Source of the DNA: a virus
Lineage: Duplodnaviria > Heunggongvirae > Uroviricota > Caudoviricetes
Length of the DNA: 64,000 nucleotides
Virus record (IMG/VR): IMGVR_UViG_3300042901_002340
Strand: one strand, 5' to 3'
Below the pieces are notes generated by a model. The model had not been told where the DNA came from. It saw only the letters and a program-made list of their open reading frames with translations, and ran no database searches. Positions within the stretch are counted from its first letter, which is position 1, and every line of letters begins with the position of its first letter. This document shows, piece by piece, positions 10,125 through 21,739 of the stretch. Both the position numbers and the translations under genes were made by a program.

Positions 10125-13100
10125 TTAATAATTATTTAATTGTAAAAAGTACTCATTGCTATTTCTTGTTAATAGAGCGGAACTTCCAGTTGCACCATTT
10201 AGTATGGCTGGTAACCCTCCCATAACAGTAAGAGTTATTCCTGCTCCTGCTAAAAACGTAATCGCTGCACTTCCTATTTTTGTATAACTTCCTATAAAAT
10301 CAGCATCTGATGTGCTAAGACATGTCAAATTAATTGCAGTGACCCCATTATTTATTTTCGTGTTTCTTCCATGCTGTCCCAATCCACCAGAACTTGTAGT
10401 ATTTGTATCAATTGGGGAGGTTGAAGAAATTGTAATATTTGGGATCGATAGAAAATCTGCTCCTGTAGCACCAGTTGCCCCGGCTGGACCAATTAATCCA
10501 GTAGCTCCAGTAGCTCCGGTAGCTCCAGTGGCACCAGTAGCTCCAGTGGCACCAGTAGCTCCAGTGGCACCTTGTTGGATATCGCTTAACATCGCAAAAG
10601 TACCGTTTTTATTAGGTAGGACCCACGTGTAATTACCATTTAAAAGTTCACCTGATAGCTGTCCGGTAATAGGTCCTAATGAACCTTCATTTCTTTGCGA
10701 AAAAACAATTACATTTCTATTAGGTTCTATACTAATGTATCTTTGCGTAATACCAGGTTCTGGATCATTTTTTGTGGCAATTACTCTGAGTCCCTGTAAT
10801 ATATCAGTGGACGATATATTTCCATTTACCGTTTGATTACCATAGAATTGGTTTGGTCCTGTTATAGCAAACGAATTTGTATCTGGTATATCATCTAGCA
10901 TCGCAAATGTACCACTCTTATCTGGCAATTGCTGTTCTAAATTACTTGTAGTGATTAAATCTGTTTTAATAGATGTATCACCACTTGATGTAGTTAATCT
11001 AATCATAGGGTTGGCAACCGATGATAATTCTAACATTTCTGGTGATATATTTGCAACACCACCAGTTGCTTCACTAAATTGTACACCAGTAGGGTATATT
11101 ATAGCATATCCTGTATCACTAGCTAATTGTATAACTGATTCCGATGTTGTGGAACCATTTTGAGCGGCTAAAATTACAGAAGCGGTACCATCTGTCACAG
11201 TAATTTGACTACTATCAAATTGTGATGCGATAAGAATATCAGTGCCAGTTGCACCAGTAACAATTATATCATTTGTAGTTACATTACCATTATCGGTTAC
11301 TTGTTGTAGTGTAGGAGTACCCACATCGCCACCATCAACTCTAATAATGTTTAAGTTATCATCAACAGCTAAAATTCTTCTATTGTCTGGTGTAATTTTA
11401 CTAACATTATTTGTCAATCTATTAGGTGTATAAATATTACCTGATGAATCTATAGTTATACCACGTGGTTCATTACCTGTTGTACCTAAAATTGTTGATA
11501 CCCCTGAAGGAGTTATTTTACTAATGTTATTTGAATTTGAATTAGCCGTATAAATATTGCCTGACGAGTCTATGACTATACCACGAGGACCATTTCCTGT
11601 TGTACCTAAAATTGTTGACACTCCTGAAGGAGTTATTTTACTAACGTTATTTGAACCATAATTAGCCGTATAAATATTGCCTAACGAGTCTATGGTTATA
11701 CTAATTGGAGTACTACCTGTAGTTCCTAAAATTGTTGACACTCCTGCAGGTGTAATTTTACTAACGTTATTTGAAATACCATTAGCTATATAAATATTGC
11801 CTGACGAGTCTATGGCTATATCATAAGGACCACTACCTGTAGTGCCAAAAATGCTTGATACTCCCGCAGGTGTAATTTTACTAACGTTATTTGAATCATA
11901 ATTAGCCGTATATACATTACCTGATGAATCCACATTTATTCCAAAAGGACTAATTCCTGTAGTGCCTAAAATGCTTGATACCCCTGCAGGTGTAATTTTA
12001 CTAACGTTATTTGAATCAGAATTAGCCGTATATACATTACCTGATGAATCTATAGTTATAGCGGTAGGAAAACTTCCTGTTGTACCTAAAATTGTTGACA
12101 CTCCTGAAGGAGTTATTTTACTAACGTTATTTGAACCATAATTAGCCGTATAAATATTGCCTAACGAGTCTATGGTTATACTGTGAGGACCAATACTTGT
12201 AGTACCAAAAATAATACTTGTATTTACAATAGGTGGTATATCTACATCTATTTCATTTGAGGTAATGGTAATGTTTTGGCCTGCGGATAAAACTGGTGGA
12301 AAGGTTTCTAATGAACCATCCCCTCTAATGTACTGACCAGTAGTCCCATTTATATATGATATTGTTCCTCCTGTTGCTGAAAACCTTACAATCCCTGTAT
12401 CTGATAATGCTGCTATTGTACCATCTGTATCTGGTAGTTGCCAAGTTCTTGTCTCTGTTAATAAATCCGACCTTAAAACTCCTAAACCTACTCCTATACT
12501 TGAATCTTGATAAAGATTAATTCCAGTATTCGATCCATCACCTATGTATAATCCCACAAATGGTGTGTACATAAAATTATAAATTCCACCGGAATCACTT
12601 ACAGTAACTGTATATCCATCTGCAACAAAATTACCAGCAGTAATACCACCTACTTGTATTGCATCTGTAGTAATTGCTCCAGCAGTAACTACTTCTTGAA
12701 GCGTTGGAATAGTACCAATATCACTTAAAAAAGCAATAGTGCCATCTGCATCTTGTAAAGTATATTTTCTACTTGCTGTTAATTCAGTAGTTGAAATTCT
12801 AGCCATAATAGTACCATCTTTTGATAGTACCGTTTGACCGTTTTCATCGGCTGTTGCATTGTATCCTAATAATTGAACGTGGTCAAAAGTATTTTCGCTA
12901 CCAGCTGAAAATCCTATTGCATTTACATAATCTCCTAGATTACCAGTAGAAGCATTATTTCCTAAACCATTAACGTAATTTCCCTCGTTTAAAAAACAAG
13001 CTAAATTACCAAAAGCGTTTATGTCAATTCCAGAATTACTTCCTGCTGCAAGTTCTCCTAAAGCGTTTACAATATTTCCAGAATTACTAGAAGCAGCATT

Positions 13101-14054
13101 TACTCCTATTGCAATTACAGTATTTCCAGTATTAGCATCTCCAGCTCCAGTCCCCGCAAAGAAATTGCCATCAACTAAATCGTGATTATTGTCTAATACT
13201 TGTTGAAGTGTAGGAGTTGCACCTCCAGTTGCACTTATAATAAGGTTTAAAGGGTCTGTATCATCAATATCTATATTTGTACCAGCTGTTAATGTAGGTA
13301 TATCATCTAAGGTGGCAATTTCCTTTATATCATTACCCGCATCCCTAAAATTATATGTTCCATTTCCCGTAGGGTTTGAAAATGTTATAGAGGTGTTAAT
13401 TCCTAATCCAACTTTTCCGTAGACTAATTTATTAGACTCTATAAAAAAATATTCGTTTGAATTTAAAATAGACGCACCTCCAATACCAAAAATAGAGTAT
13501 GTATTAAACGCTGTGGTGTCAACAAAAGATATTGAACCAGGATTTATAAAGCTTGTTATATTAGCATACTTAATTTCTAATCCAGCATCAACATCATTAG
13601 GCACTTCAACTATTATTGAATTAGTAGTTACATTTCCTTCGTCTGTTACTTGTTGAAGTGTTGATGTTCCTATAGGGCCAGTAGGGCCAGTTACTCCCTG
13701 GATCCCCTGTCCTCCAGTTGCTCCAGTTCCTCCAGTTGCTCCAGTTCCTCCAACAGGACCAGTAGGACCAACAGGACCAGTAGGACCAGAAGAAGGACCG
13801 GCGGGACCAACAGGACCGGTTACTCCTTGTTCCCCAGTTGCTCCAACAGGACCAGTAACACCACTTGCTCCTGTTGCTCCAGTAGAACCTGTTGCGCCAT
13901 AGTAATAGGGAAGATCCGACCATCTGGTTATGCCGTCTCCAATTTTAAGTTTTTCGCTATCAGTTTCATAAGCGGGCTCACCCGATAATAGAACTGGATT
14001 ATTTGCTTGCCAGTTTTCTAAGGTGTCTCTTCTTAATAATATTCTATACGCCAT
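10125..14054 (-). CDS. Tail fibre/receptor-binding protein with Mtd_N-like N-terminus, collagen repeats, YadA-like and NHL/beta-propeller repeats
   Basis: [27 protein letters not shown]; GxT triplets; about 7 x 40-aa [11 protein letters not shown] repeats. Confidence 0.8.
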   Translation of the reverse strand: MAYRILLRRDTLENWQANNPVLLSGEPAYETDSEKLKIGDGITRWSDLPYYYGATGSTGATGASGVTGPVGATGEQGVTGPVGPAGPSSGPTGPVGPTGPVGGTGATGGTGATGGQGIQGVTGPTGPIGTSTLQQVTDEGNVTTNSIIVEVPNDVDAGLEIKYANITSFINPGSISFVDTTAFNTYSIFGIGGASILNSNEYFFIESNKLVYGKVGLGINTSITFSNPTGNGTYNFRDAGNDIKEIATLDDIPTLTAGTNIDIDDTDPLNLIISATGGATPTLQQVLDNNHDLVDGNFFAGTGAGDANTGNTVIAIGVNAASSNSGNIVNALGELAAGSNSGIDINAFGNLACFLNEGNYVNGLGNNASTGNLGDYVNAIGFSAGSENTFDHVQLLGYNATADENGQTVLSKDGTIMARISTTELTASRKYTLQDADGTIAFLSDIGTIPTLQEVVTAGAITTDAIQVGGITAGNFVADGYTVTVSDSGGIYNFMYTPFVGLYIGDGSNTGINLYQDSSIGVGLGVLRSDLLTETRTWQLPDTDGTIAALSDTGIVRFSATGGTISYINGTTGQYIRGDGSLETFPPVLSAGQNITITSNEIDVDIPPIVNTSIIFGTTSIGPHSITIDSLGNIYTANYGSNNVSKITPSGVSTILGTTGSFPTAITIDSSGNVYTANSDSNNVSKITPAGVSSILGTTGISPFGINVDSSGNVYTANYDSNNVSKITPAGVSSIFGTTGSGPYDIAIDSSGNIYIANGISNNVSKITPAGVSTILGTTGSTPISITIDSLGNIYTANYGSNNVSKITPSGVSTILGTTGNGPRGIVIDSSGNIYTANSNSNNISKITPSGVSTILGTTGNEPRGITIDSSGNIYTPNRLTNNVSKITPDNRRILAVDDNLNIIRVDGGDVGTPTLQQVTDNGNVTTNDIIVTGATGTDILIASQFDSSQITVTDGTASVILAAQNGSTTSESVIQLASDTGYAIIYPTGVQFSEATGGVANISPEMLELSSVANPMIRLTTSSGDTSIKTDLITTSNLEQQLPDKSGTFAMLDDIPDTNSFAITGPNQFYGNQTVNGNISSTDILQGLRVIATKNDPEPGITQRYISIEPNRNVIVFSQRNEGSLGPITGQLSGELLNGNYTWVLPNKNGTFAMLSDIQQGATGATGATGATGATGATGATGATGLIGPAGATGATGADFLSIPNITISSTSPIDTNTTSSGGLGQHGRNTKINNGVTAINLTCLSTSDADFIGSYTKIGSAAITFLAGAGITLTVMGGLPAILNGATGSSALLTRNSNEYFLQLNNY
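11385..12210. repeat. About 7 near-identical 120-bp tandem repeats encoding NHL-like blades
   Basis: Lines such as ctaacgttatttgaa...attagccgta recur every 120 bp. Confidence 0.85.
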
Positions 14055-14099
14055 TGTTTTTGTTTATATTTACGATTGAAAATAAAGGTTGATTATTTT

Positions 14100-15140
14100 T
14101 TAATCTGTTCTTTTTGTGAAATCTATTGTGACGAAAATATCAACTTGGAGCGGTGTTGATGTATTATTATTATAGACTCTAACACCAAATGCAGCACCGA
14201 GTGTTGTCGATCCGGAGTAGGGTATGGTCATAATTTGATTAAGACCACCTAATGTAGACTCTTTAGATGTTTGGTAGTATCCCGATCCGAATGTGTCTTT
14301 TACTAGCACATTCATCGATATGAAACTTTTTAGATCTAAACTTGTATGTAGATTTGTTTGATCATAAACACCACCGGTTGCAGTTCCCTCGTAACATTTT
14401 CTATAAATGGGCTTACCGTCTATCCACGTACCGACAACAATTTCGGGTGATGCTGGATTCGGGTATGTATTAGTTGTTCCAGTAGGTCCAGTAGCACCTA
14501 TTGTTCCAGTAGATCCGGTAGCACCTGTTGCTCCGGTAGGACCAGATGCGGCAGGTATGGTAACATTACCAGTAGCGTCTGCATAATTGGTACCATTAAT
14601 GGAGGTAATTAAAGTTCTAGGTGTACTACCGCATCTAGGAAATTCTAATAAATTTAATCCGGTAAGATTATTGGTGTTTATAGTCATTCCATTATTCCCA
14701 CTCCTACTAAAAGATAATGAATCCTTTGAAAAATAACTTGCTATAAAACTTGGGGAATTAGTTGAAGAAACGGAAAAATACTCACCATTAGTAAAAGCCA
14801 CTGTATTGTCGCTAACATTTCTTATTCTAATTTGTTGACCTGGATTACCAATTCCACTTACAGCTAGAACCTGTGGAAGTCCTGGAATGGCTCCAGTAGG
14901 ACCAGTTGCTCCAACAGGACCAGTAACGCCAGTTGCTCCAGTTGCTCCAACAGAACCAGTAACGCCAGTTGCTCCAGTTGCTCCATAGTAATAAGGAAGA
15001 TCTAACCATCTGCTTATACCGTTACCAACTTTAAGTTTTCCACTATCAGTTTCATAAGCTGGTTCACCCGATAATAGGACCGGATTATTTGCTTGCCAAT
15101 TTTCTAGGGTGTCCCTTCTTAATAATATTCTATACGCCAT
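14100..15140 (-). CDS. Mtd_N/collagen tail fibre protein
   Basis: N-terminus nearly identical to 10125-14054; C-terminal GTWIDGKPIYRK domain. Confidence 0.8.
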   Translation of the reverse strand: MAYRILLRRDTLENWQANNPVLLSGEPAYETDSGKLKVGNGISRWLDLPYYYGATGATGVTGSVGATGATGVTGPVGATGPTGAIPGLPQVLAVSGIGNPGQQIRIRNVSDNTVAFTNGEYFSVSSTNSPSFIASYFSKDSLSFSRSGNNGMTINTNNLTGLNLLEFPRCGSTPRTLITSINGTNYADATGNVTIPAASGPTGATGATGSTGTIGATGPTGTTNTYPNPASPEIVVGTWIDGKPIYRKCYEGTATGGVYDQTNLHTSLDLKSFISMNVLVKDTFGSGYYQTSKESTLGGLNQIMTIPYSGSTTLGAAFGVRVYNNNTSTPLQVDIFVTIDFTKRTD

Positions 15141-15149
15141 TGTTTTTAT

Positions 15150-15785
15150 TTATGTTTGCGATTGAAAATATTTTTCAATTCTTTTACTTAATCTAACTCT
15201 AGGGTCTGTTATTTTTCTGTTTACCTCTTCATATGTCAACACAAAACCAAAACTTAAAAAAATTCTTCTGGAATTAAATTCATTGGTCCAATGTTTGTAT
15301 AGTGAAGCTTCGAAGCAATATAAATCAGTTTCTTCTATGTTAACCACTTCTTCACCAACATAAAAATCATAATCTTCAGATAAAACACTTATATTACATT
15401 TATAGTTGACATAACCATCCAATGATGCATCATAATGTGGATTTATCTTACCACCCTTGTTCATGTCAACCGCTTGAAGAAAAATATTTTCTTTTGATAT
15501 GTTTAACTCATTTGAAATTCTACCTATAATCACATGGATAAAATCTGGCAACGGGTCATTTGACACGTCAGATATTGACTGAAACTTTGTTATATAGTTT
15601 GTCAATGTTGTGTTAGATATATCGAAAATACAGGATTTACCTTTTAGTGTTTTGGATAACTCTGATAAATGATAATTGCTATCATCACCAGTATGGTTAA
15701 CAGAATCTATCCATTGAACTATTTGGTTTGCTTCATCTTTTGTGATGAAGTTTTTTCTAATCTTATATGTTTCCAAATCCACCAT
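15150..15785 (-). CDS. 2OG-Fe(II) oxygenase-like protein
   Basis: PHYD (HxD) ... H ... R arrangement of a double-stranded beta-helix oxygenase. Confidence 0.7.
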   Translation of the reverse strand: MVDLETYKIRKNFITKDEANQIVQWIDSVNHTGDDSNYHLSELSKTLKGKSCIFDISNTTLTNYITKFQSISDVSNDPLPDFIHVIIGRISNELNISKENIFLQAVDMNKGGKINPHYDASLDGYVNYKCNISVLSEDYDFYVGEEVVNIEETDLYCFEASLYKHWTNEFNSRRIFLSFGFVLTYEEVNRKITDPRVRLSKRIEKYFQSQT

Positions 15786-15978
15786 ATTTTCCAATTTTTT
15801 TAAGGTTATGTTTTTCCAAAAATTCTTTTGGTCCCATAACTTCAATAATTGTTAATTCTGCTGAATCCATAAGAGATTTTGCTTTTTCTTCAGTAACAGC
15901 CATAACACATAGTTTATGCGTTGCTGGTAACTCTCCAGTTGGGGATAAATCTATTTTTAAGATGTTATCATTTTTCAT
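15763..15978 (-). CDS. Hypothetical protein
   Basis: Short ORF overlapping the next gene; start uncertain. Confidence 0.5.
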   Translation of the reverse strand: MKNDNILKIDLSPTGELPATHKLCVMAVTEEKAKSLMDSAELTIIEVMGPKEFLEKHNLKKIGKYGGFGNI

Positions 15979-16055
15979 TTTTTCTCTTGCTTGAAGAACT
16001 TTGCTTTCTTCACATAATATACAGATTCTCATATTTGTTGTTTTGTTTGTGTTTG

Positions 16056-16664
16056 TTAGTTATAAACTCTGATTTCTATTGGGGTTCTGATTAAATATTC
16101 TGAAGATACCACATCGTTATTAAAATCCTTAGTTTTTATATATGCGACAGATTCTGTGTCAAATCCTGAAGCAACATAACCATTACCTGTCTCCCAATAA
16201 GCATTACCTATTACAATTGTTGATTTATTATAAGTAAATAATCCATTTGACTGACCAGCATAACTTCCAATTGCTTCGTAAGTAAACCAAATATTTCCAA
16301 TAGTGTTTTCTAACACTGTTACTACTGGAGCACCTGTGTTGTAGCTTAAGTTACCTCCACTATAATTATTAGGCACTTCATTATTAGTCGCAACAAATAT
16401 AGTATTTACATTATTATTAGGAGCACCTACATTACTAAAGTCTCCTGTAGTAGTTTCCTTAATTTTATAAGTAACTCCTTTTGTCACAGCTCCTGAACTT
16501 AAAGTTAATGGGTCATCCCCACCGCTCTGTGTTAATAAAGCTGTATACACTTTATATGGTCTTGTATTTGTTGTACCTGTTACTGTAAAGTTACCATCTA
16601 TGGTGAAATCCCCACCTATAGTTTGTTCCTCTAAGTTATCTATTATGTATTTTGTTGTGCTCAT
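16056..16664 (-). CDS. Tail-fibre-associated protein
   Basis: YKVYTALLTQ...VLENT...PIEIRVYN module shared with 20354-21025. Confidence 0.6.
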   Translation of the reverse strand: MSTTKYIIDNLEEQTIGGDFTIDGNFTVTGTTNTRPYKVYTALLTQSGGDDPLTLSSGAVTKGVTYKIKETTTGDFSNVGAPNNNVNTIFVATNNEVPNNYSGGNLSYNTGAPVVTVLENTIGNIWFTYEAIGSYAGQSNGLFTYNKSTIVIGNAYWETGNGYVASGFDTESVAYIKTKDFNNDVVSSEYLIRTPIEIRVYN

Positions 16665-16765
16665 CTTGTTGGTTTTTTTTCATTATTTATGAAGCTTATA
16701 TGGATCTTAACGGGTTGCATATTTATGATCCTGATGGTTTATTCGCTGCTGTTTTTGAGTGTGTT

Positions 16766-19700
16766 CTAATCGTTGATATCAGTTATTGTCAGAATCCCAT
16801 TTCCATCATAGAAAGATAATTTTTTATTGGTACCCTCCGCTAATTGTTTTTTTTCAAAAATCTGGCACGTATATGGTTCATACACGGAAGGATTTGGACT
16901 TACCCCAGTAACCCCAATTGTTATATCGTCGGAATATAATGCGGTTACTTCTATTGTTATATCATCACTCCCACTAGTTCCACCAAACACATCACCTGAT
17001 ATTACTAAGAGATCTCCATTTTTATATCCACCCCCTCCTGTGTTTAGATCTATAGCGCTAACTTGGCTTGACGTAACTGTGATATTAAATGATGCATTTT
17101 CACCACCACCTGTTCCTCCTGCGAAGACGTTGTCATAATTCCCATTCTCCCCGGTTTTGCCTATAGCGTCGCTTGTAAATAAATCGATAACCCCGGTAAC
17201 CCCACCAATGGCTGTTCCAAGTATTGTTAAAGTATCACCTATCTGATATAATTTACCCTGGTTGTCCTCGTTAACCTCGGTTACTATACCACTTGTTACC
17301 AGGACTTCAAAAGTTGCACCTGTACCTTTGCCATCTGTCGTGGCGGTTAATCCTACATAAAGATCGTCGGATGCACTAGTTCCACCTGCAGTATAACTAA
17401 ATCCTGTGATATTTCCATAATTAGTTGTAAAATCTGTTGAGCCTATAGCGGTATTTATTATGTTCCATTGGAAATAGTCGCCAATAGTATTATTATTAAA
17501 ATTATCAGGAATGGAATTATTATAGAAATATTCACTTATAATGTTGTCTTGGAAATTATTTCCTATTTTGTTTCCTTGCGGATCATTATTACCAAAACCA
17601 AAACCGTCACCTATGAGATTATCTTGAAATCCGTTGCCTATTTCATTGTTTTGAAAATCATCCGCTATGGTGTTATTATAAACACCACCACCAAAAGTGT
17701 TATTGGAAAAATTTAATCCTATCACATTACTATCAAAATCGCTTATCCATTTATTACCGCTAACCATACCTAAAAAGTCATTGCCAGTTGTAACAGTACC
17801 AATTTGATTACTATAAACTGGACCAAAAAATTGATTAGAATCAATATAAGGACCAACATTGTTACCTGCAAATATATCAAATATTAAATTACCTTTAAAT
17901 AATCCAGCTATTATATTATCTCGAAAATTACTACCATTATTATTATCCTGTGTATAAATCGAATTCCATTCAGTGCCTACTGGAGATACATTAGAATTCC
18001 AATTGTTTTCGTCTGCTATGTTGTATATAGCACCGCCATTATTGCTTCTTGCTATCTCTAAGCTACCTTCAACAATGACATCTACAATATCCTCGTAATT
18101 TTTCTTTGTGAAATATACAGTAGGTTCTTCGGTTGGCCAAACTTTTGTTCTTTCGTATGAAAAACCGCTACCATTTCCATTTTGTGTCCATTGAGTAAAT
18201 TTAACTTTATGATATTGATTGTTAACTGTATCGTGCATTATTAGCTCTTTACCTAATATAACATTTCCAACGGCCTCACCATCATCACCATACAATGCAT
18301 TATAAAAATTATCATAATCTCGGCTATCTAAATTTTCAATACCAGTGTTGTCCCAATTAAAATAATCGTCGTTGCCTAGATTGTTATTCTCAAAAGTGCT
18401 ACCGATTTGGTTATTTTTAAAATTATATGAAATGCTATTAGAATAGAAATCATTTCCAATGTGATTATTCTGGAAATAATCTCCAATCAATTCATTATTG
18501 TTAAAATTATTTCCAATGTGATTGTCTCTAAAAGCATATCCAATGTTTACGTTTTGATAAAAATCATTCCCGATTACATTACCTTCAAAATCACCATTAG
18601 CAATATTATAAGTAAACGAATTACTGATTTGATTATCATCAAAATCTTGTCGGATAGTGTTATATTCAAAGATGTGACCGATTCTATTTAGACCAAAAGT
18701 GAAATTAGTCGTATTTCCGGAATCTCCTATCGTATTCCCTCTAAAATAATTACCTATCTCATTTTCATAGAAACCTGAATGTATCGCATTATCATAAAAA
18801 TCAATGCCTATAATATTTTCTCCAAATGGCGAATAGATTCTATTATTATAACATTGTTCACCAATTTGATTGTTGTAAAAACTATCTTCTACTAAATTAT
18901 CATAGAAACCGGTAAGGGTATTTTTACTAAATCGATCAAGTATGATGTTATTGTAAAAACTTCCTTTGATTGTGTTATAATAAAAATCACCTGCACCTGT
19001 ATAGAAATTTTGATAGAAACTACCATCTATAGTATTAAAACTGAATTCATCGCCATCGTCATCCCCAAAATTGTTTTCATAAAAACTTCCAGTGATTGTG
19101 TTACTATTAAAATCACAATCTATTATATTGTCACGAAAAGTATTATTGATTGTATTGTGGTCAAAATCGCTATTAATAATATTGTTGTAAAAATCATCTC
19201 TAATAATATTAGAATCGCAATCATCATTGAATGTGTTGTTTCTAAAATCAGTTCCGAATAAATTATCTGTATAAACGTTTGGAAATTCTAAATCTTCGTT
19301 TCTAAAAACATTATTTGGTAATAAGAATATTTTTTCTCGGAATTCAGTATATGATGTAGTGTTTATCGATACGTTATTAAAAGCTGTCGCATGATTTTCG
19401 AATGTGTAATATTCATACTCATTAGTATTAGAGATGATAGTGTTCTTTTTCCACGACATTCCCAATAATACTCTAGCGTCAACCAAACGACCATTTACAA
19501 TTTCACTAATTGCCTTACCAGTCACAACCATATTAGTGTTATCTTCGATAGATACAATTTGATAATACGTTATAAGTTCAGATCCTTCTGTATTGTTTTT
19601 AAGTATTCCGATGATATCACCGGCATTAAAATTTTCAAAAAATGTTCCATTGCCTTCAATGTTACCATTACTTGAAGTACCGCCAGCTGGAGCAATAGAA

Positions 19701-20335
19701 ACTAGTCCATCATAAACCGTCTCAGAAAAATATGCATCGTATCTTTTGAAAAGAACTTCTCTAAAATCATAATCAAAAGCGTTTCCTTGATCGTCTTTTC
19801 TGTATGTTATTCTACCAAATGCAGGACCACCGGTCACTTCGGTTTGATCAAATGAAACATCATATTTAATATCATCGTTGGGCCATTCCGGTTGATATGC
19901 ATCGGATGCTAATGAATTCGAACTTAACGCAAGCACGATTATGGGTGAAACTCCACCTTCTTTATAAGTGCCAGTCTGGATCTCTTCCCCATTAAAATTA
20001 TAATCCGGTTGATCATAACAAGTTTTAAAATCCGTTATTAAATAGCTACTATTCTGTATTAATCCATCGGTGTCAATTAAATTGGTTAACCCACTGTATG
20101 TAACAGAAATTAAAGAACCACCACCTGGCGCTCCAGTTGCTCCTTGTGCTCCAGTTGCTCCAGTTGCTCCAGTTATGCCTGAATAATACGGAAGCTGTGA
20201 CCATGGGGTTTGCCCATCGCCCATCTTGAATTTTCTGGTGTCCATCTCGTAGCCAGGTTCACCCGACATAAGAACCGGATCATTATAGTTCCAATTCTGT
20301 GATAAATCTCTTCTTAGTAATATTCTATAAGGCAT
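16766..20335 (-). CDS. Mtd_N tail fibre/spike with Asn-rich beta-helix repeats
   Basis: Mtd_N-like N-terminus, short collagen stretch, many F.NN.IG repeats. Confidence 0.75.
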   Translation of the reverse strand: MPYRILLRRDLSQNWNYNDPVLMSGEPGYEMDTRKFKMGDGQTPWSQLPYYSGITGATGATGAQGATGAPGGGSLISVTYSGLTNLIDTDGLIQNSSYLITDFKTCYDQPDYNFNGEEIQTGTYKEGGVSPIIVLALSSNSLASDAYQPEWPNDDIKYDVSFDQTEVTGGPAFGRITYRKDDQGNAFDYDFREVLFKRYDAYFSETVYDGLVSIAPAGGTSSNGNIEGNGTFFENFNAGDIIGILKNNTEGSELITYYQIVSIEDNTNMVVTGKAISEIVNGRLVDARVLLGMSWKKNTIISNTNEYEYYTFENHATAFNNVSINTTSYTEFREKIFLLPNNVFRNEDLEFPNVYTDNLFGTDFRNNTFNDDCDSNIIRDDFYNNIINSDFDHNTINNTFRDNIIDCDFNSNTITGSFYENNFGDDDGDEFSFNTIDGSFYQNFYTGAGDFYYNTIKGSFYNNIILDRFSKNTLTGFYDNLVEDSFYNNQIGEQCYNNRIYSPFGENIIGIDFYDNAIHSGFYENEIGNYFRGNTIGDSGNTTNFTFGLNRIGHIFEYNTIRQDFDDNQISNSFTYNIANGDFEGNVIGNDFYQNVNIGYAFRDNHIGNNFNNNELIGDYFQNNHIGNDFYSNSISYNFKNNQIGSTFENNNLGNDDYFNWDNTGIENLDSRDYDNFYNALYGDDGEAVGNVILGKELIMHDTVNNQYHKVKFTQWTQNGNGSGFSYERTKVWPTEEPTVYFTKKNYEDIVDVIVEGSLEIARSNNGGAIYNIADENNWNSNVSPVGTEWNSIYTQDNNNGSNFRDNIIAGLFKGNLIFDIFAGNNVGPYIDSNQFFGPVYSNQIGTVTTGNDFLGMVSGNKWISDFDSNVIGLNFSNNTFGGGVYNNTIADDFQNNEIGNGFQDNLIGDGFGFGNNDPQGNKIGNNFQDNIISEYFYNNSIPDNFNNNTIGDYFQWNIINTAIGSTDFTTNYGNITGFSYTAGGTSASDDLYVGLTATTDGKGTGATFEVLVTSGIVTEVNEDNQGKLYQIGDTLTILGTAIGGVTGVIDLFTSDAIGKTGENGNYDNVFAGGTGGGENASFNITVTSSQVSAIDLNTGGGGYKNGDLLVISGDVFGGTSGSDDITIEVTALYSDDITIGVTGVSPNPSVYEPYTCQIFEKKQLAEGTNKKLSFYDGNGILTITDIND

Positions 20336-20353
20336 TGTTATTTCTTTATATTT

Positions 20354-21025
20354 TTAATTATATACTTTGATTTCCAGGGGGTAAGGTCTATAAGTACCCA
20401 GTGGATTTGCTGATAAAATTAGAGTTGTATCATTCAATCTTCCCACTCCTCTCTCCTGTGCAACGTAAGCATTATTCATAAATGCATCGGGTACAATAAT
20501 TGTTTTATCCTCCAAAAATACGGGTAAATCACTTGTTAGTCTAAATTGTGAAAATGTATTACCGTAATCCGAAGTTAATGTTATTCCTAAAGTATTTTCT
20601 AGCACATTAAATGTAGGAAACACATTGGGTGTAATTATTTTTACCGGTGAATTACTTGTCCAGTTTGTTGGTGTTGTTCCAGTAGCAATAAAGGGCACGC
20701 CGATACTAACAAACCCAATATTAGTAAAATTATCCTCTGTTCCCTGATTATACACCTGTTCAACAACATATTTTTGACCGATTATAAAATTGGGTCCTGG
20801 TGTTAATGAGGCATAAGATCCGGTTTGCGTTACTAATGCACTATAAACTTTATAATCCCCTCGTGGACCGGACCAGTAGGGTAAATAGTTCCATGGAGTG
20901 ACACCATCGCCTATCTTCATATATGTTGTGTCTGTCTCGTAACCAAATTCACCACTCAATAGTATTGGGTTATTCACCAACCATTTACCTGATGGATCTC
21001 TTCTTATCTGAACTCTAAATGCCAT
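20354..21025 (-). CDS. Mtd_N tail fibre protein
   Basis: RVQIRRD...GEFGYETD..MKIGDG N-terminus. Confidence 0.75.
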   Translation of the reverse strand: MAFRVQIRRDPSGKWLVNNPILLSGEFGYETDTTYMKIGDGVTPWNYLPYWSGPRGDYKVYSALVTQTGSYASLTPGPNFIIGQKYVVEQVYNQGTEDNFTNIGFVSIGVPFIATGTTPTNWTSNSPVKIITPNVFPTFNVLENTLGITLTSDYGNTFSQFRLTSDLPVFLEDKTIIVPDAFMNNAYVAQERGVGRLNDTTLILSANPLGTYRPYPLEIKVYN

Positions 21026-21048
21026 TTCTATTTAATTTTTTATGTTAA

Positions 21049-21693
21049 TTATGGAGTCGAAAGATCACCGAATAATATCCACGTATCTGCTCCGGTTTTT
21101 ATTAATGTTGCGACTGAGTATTGGTACCCTAAATCTAGAGCTCCTTGTGCAGAATTAATAACAACCCCAGAATCACCAATCACGCTAACAGCTCCAGTAC
21201 CACCTCTTGATACCAATATTCTGGAGCCAATCTCGAAATTGCTTGATGCATCAGTTGGAACTCCTAGATATGACTGCGGATCTTCCGATGTGATATTTAC
21301 CATCTTGTTTCTATCACTAAGCTCCAATATATAAGTTCCTGTTTGCTCGTTTATTACTACCAAAGAAAAATCTGGTCCGGTTGGACCTGTTACCCCAATT
21401 GAACCTGTTGGACCGGTTGGACCAAATCCACCAGTTGCCCCTGTTACCCCAATTGAACCTGTTGGACCGGTTGGACCAAATCCACCAGTTGCTCCTGTTA
21501 CCCCAATTGAACCTGTAGCTCCAGTAGGACCGACACCCTCATAATATGCAAGCTCGTTCCATGGTGTTATCCCATCACCAATTTTAAGCCTACCATTGTC
21601 CGTTACGTAACTAGGTTCTCCCAATAATAGAACTGGATTGTTTACTTGCCAGTTTGCTAATGTGTCTCTTCTTAATAATATTCTATATGCCAC
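21049..21693 (-). CDS. Mtd_N/collagen tail fibre protein
   Basis: Mtd_N-like N-terminus, collagen repeats, C-terminal [16 protein letters not shown]. Confidence 0.75.
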   Translation of the reverse strand: MAYRILLRRDTLANWQVNNPVLLLGEPSYVTDNGRLKIGDGITPWNELAYYEGVGPTGATGSIGVTGATGGFGPTGPTGSIGVTGATGGFGPTGPTGSIGVTGPTGPDFSLVVINEQTGTYILELSDRNKMVNITSEDPQSYLGVPTDASSNFEIGSRILVSRGGTGAVSVIGDSGVVINSAQGALDLGYQYSVATLIKTGADTWILFGDLSTP

Positions 21694-21739
21694 TTTGTTT
21701 TGATTTTTTGCTTCGTTGTATATATTCGGAATCCCCGTC

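Noticed and set aside
8108-19261. Plus-strand ORFs opposite clpC and the fibre genes (e.g. 8108-8599, 10312-10632, 16827-17138)
   Set aside because: Antisense shadows of well-supported genes and repeats.
10125-21693. Diversity-generating retroelement suggested by the Mtd_N domains
   Set aside because: No reverse transcriptase, and no template/variable repeat pair with adenine-specific differences was seen in the window.
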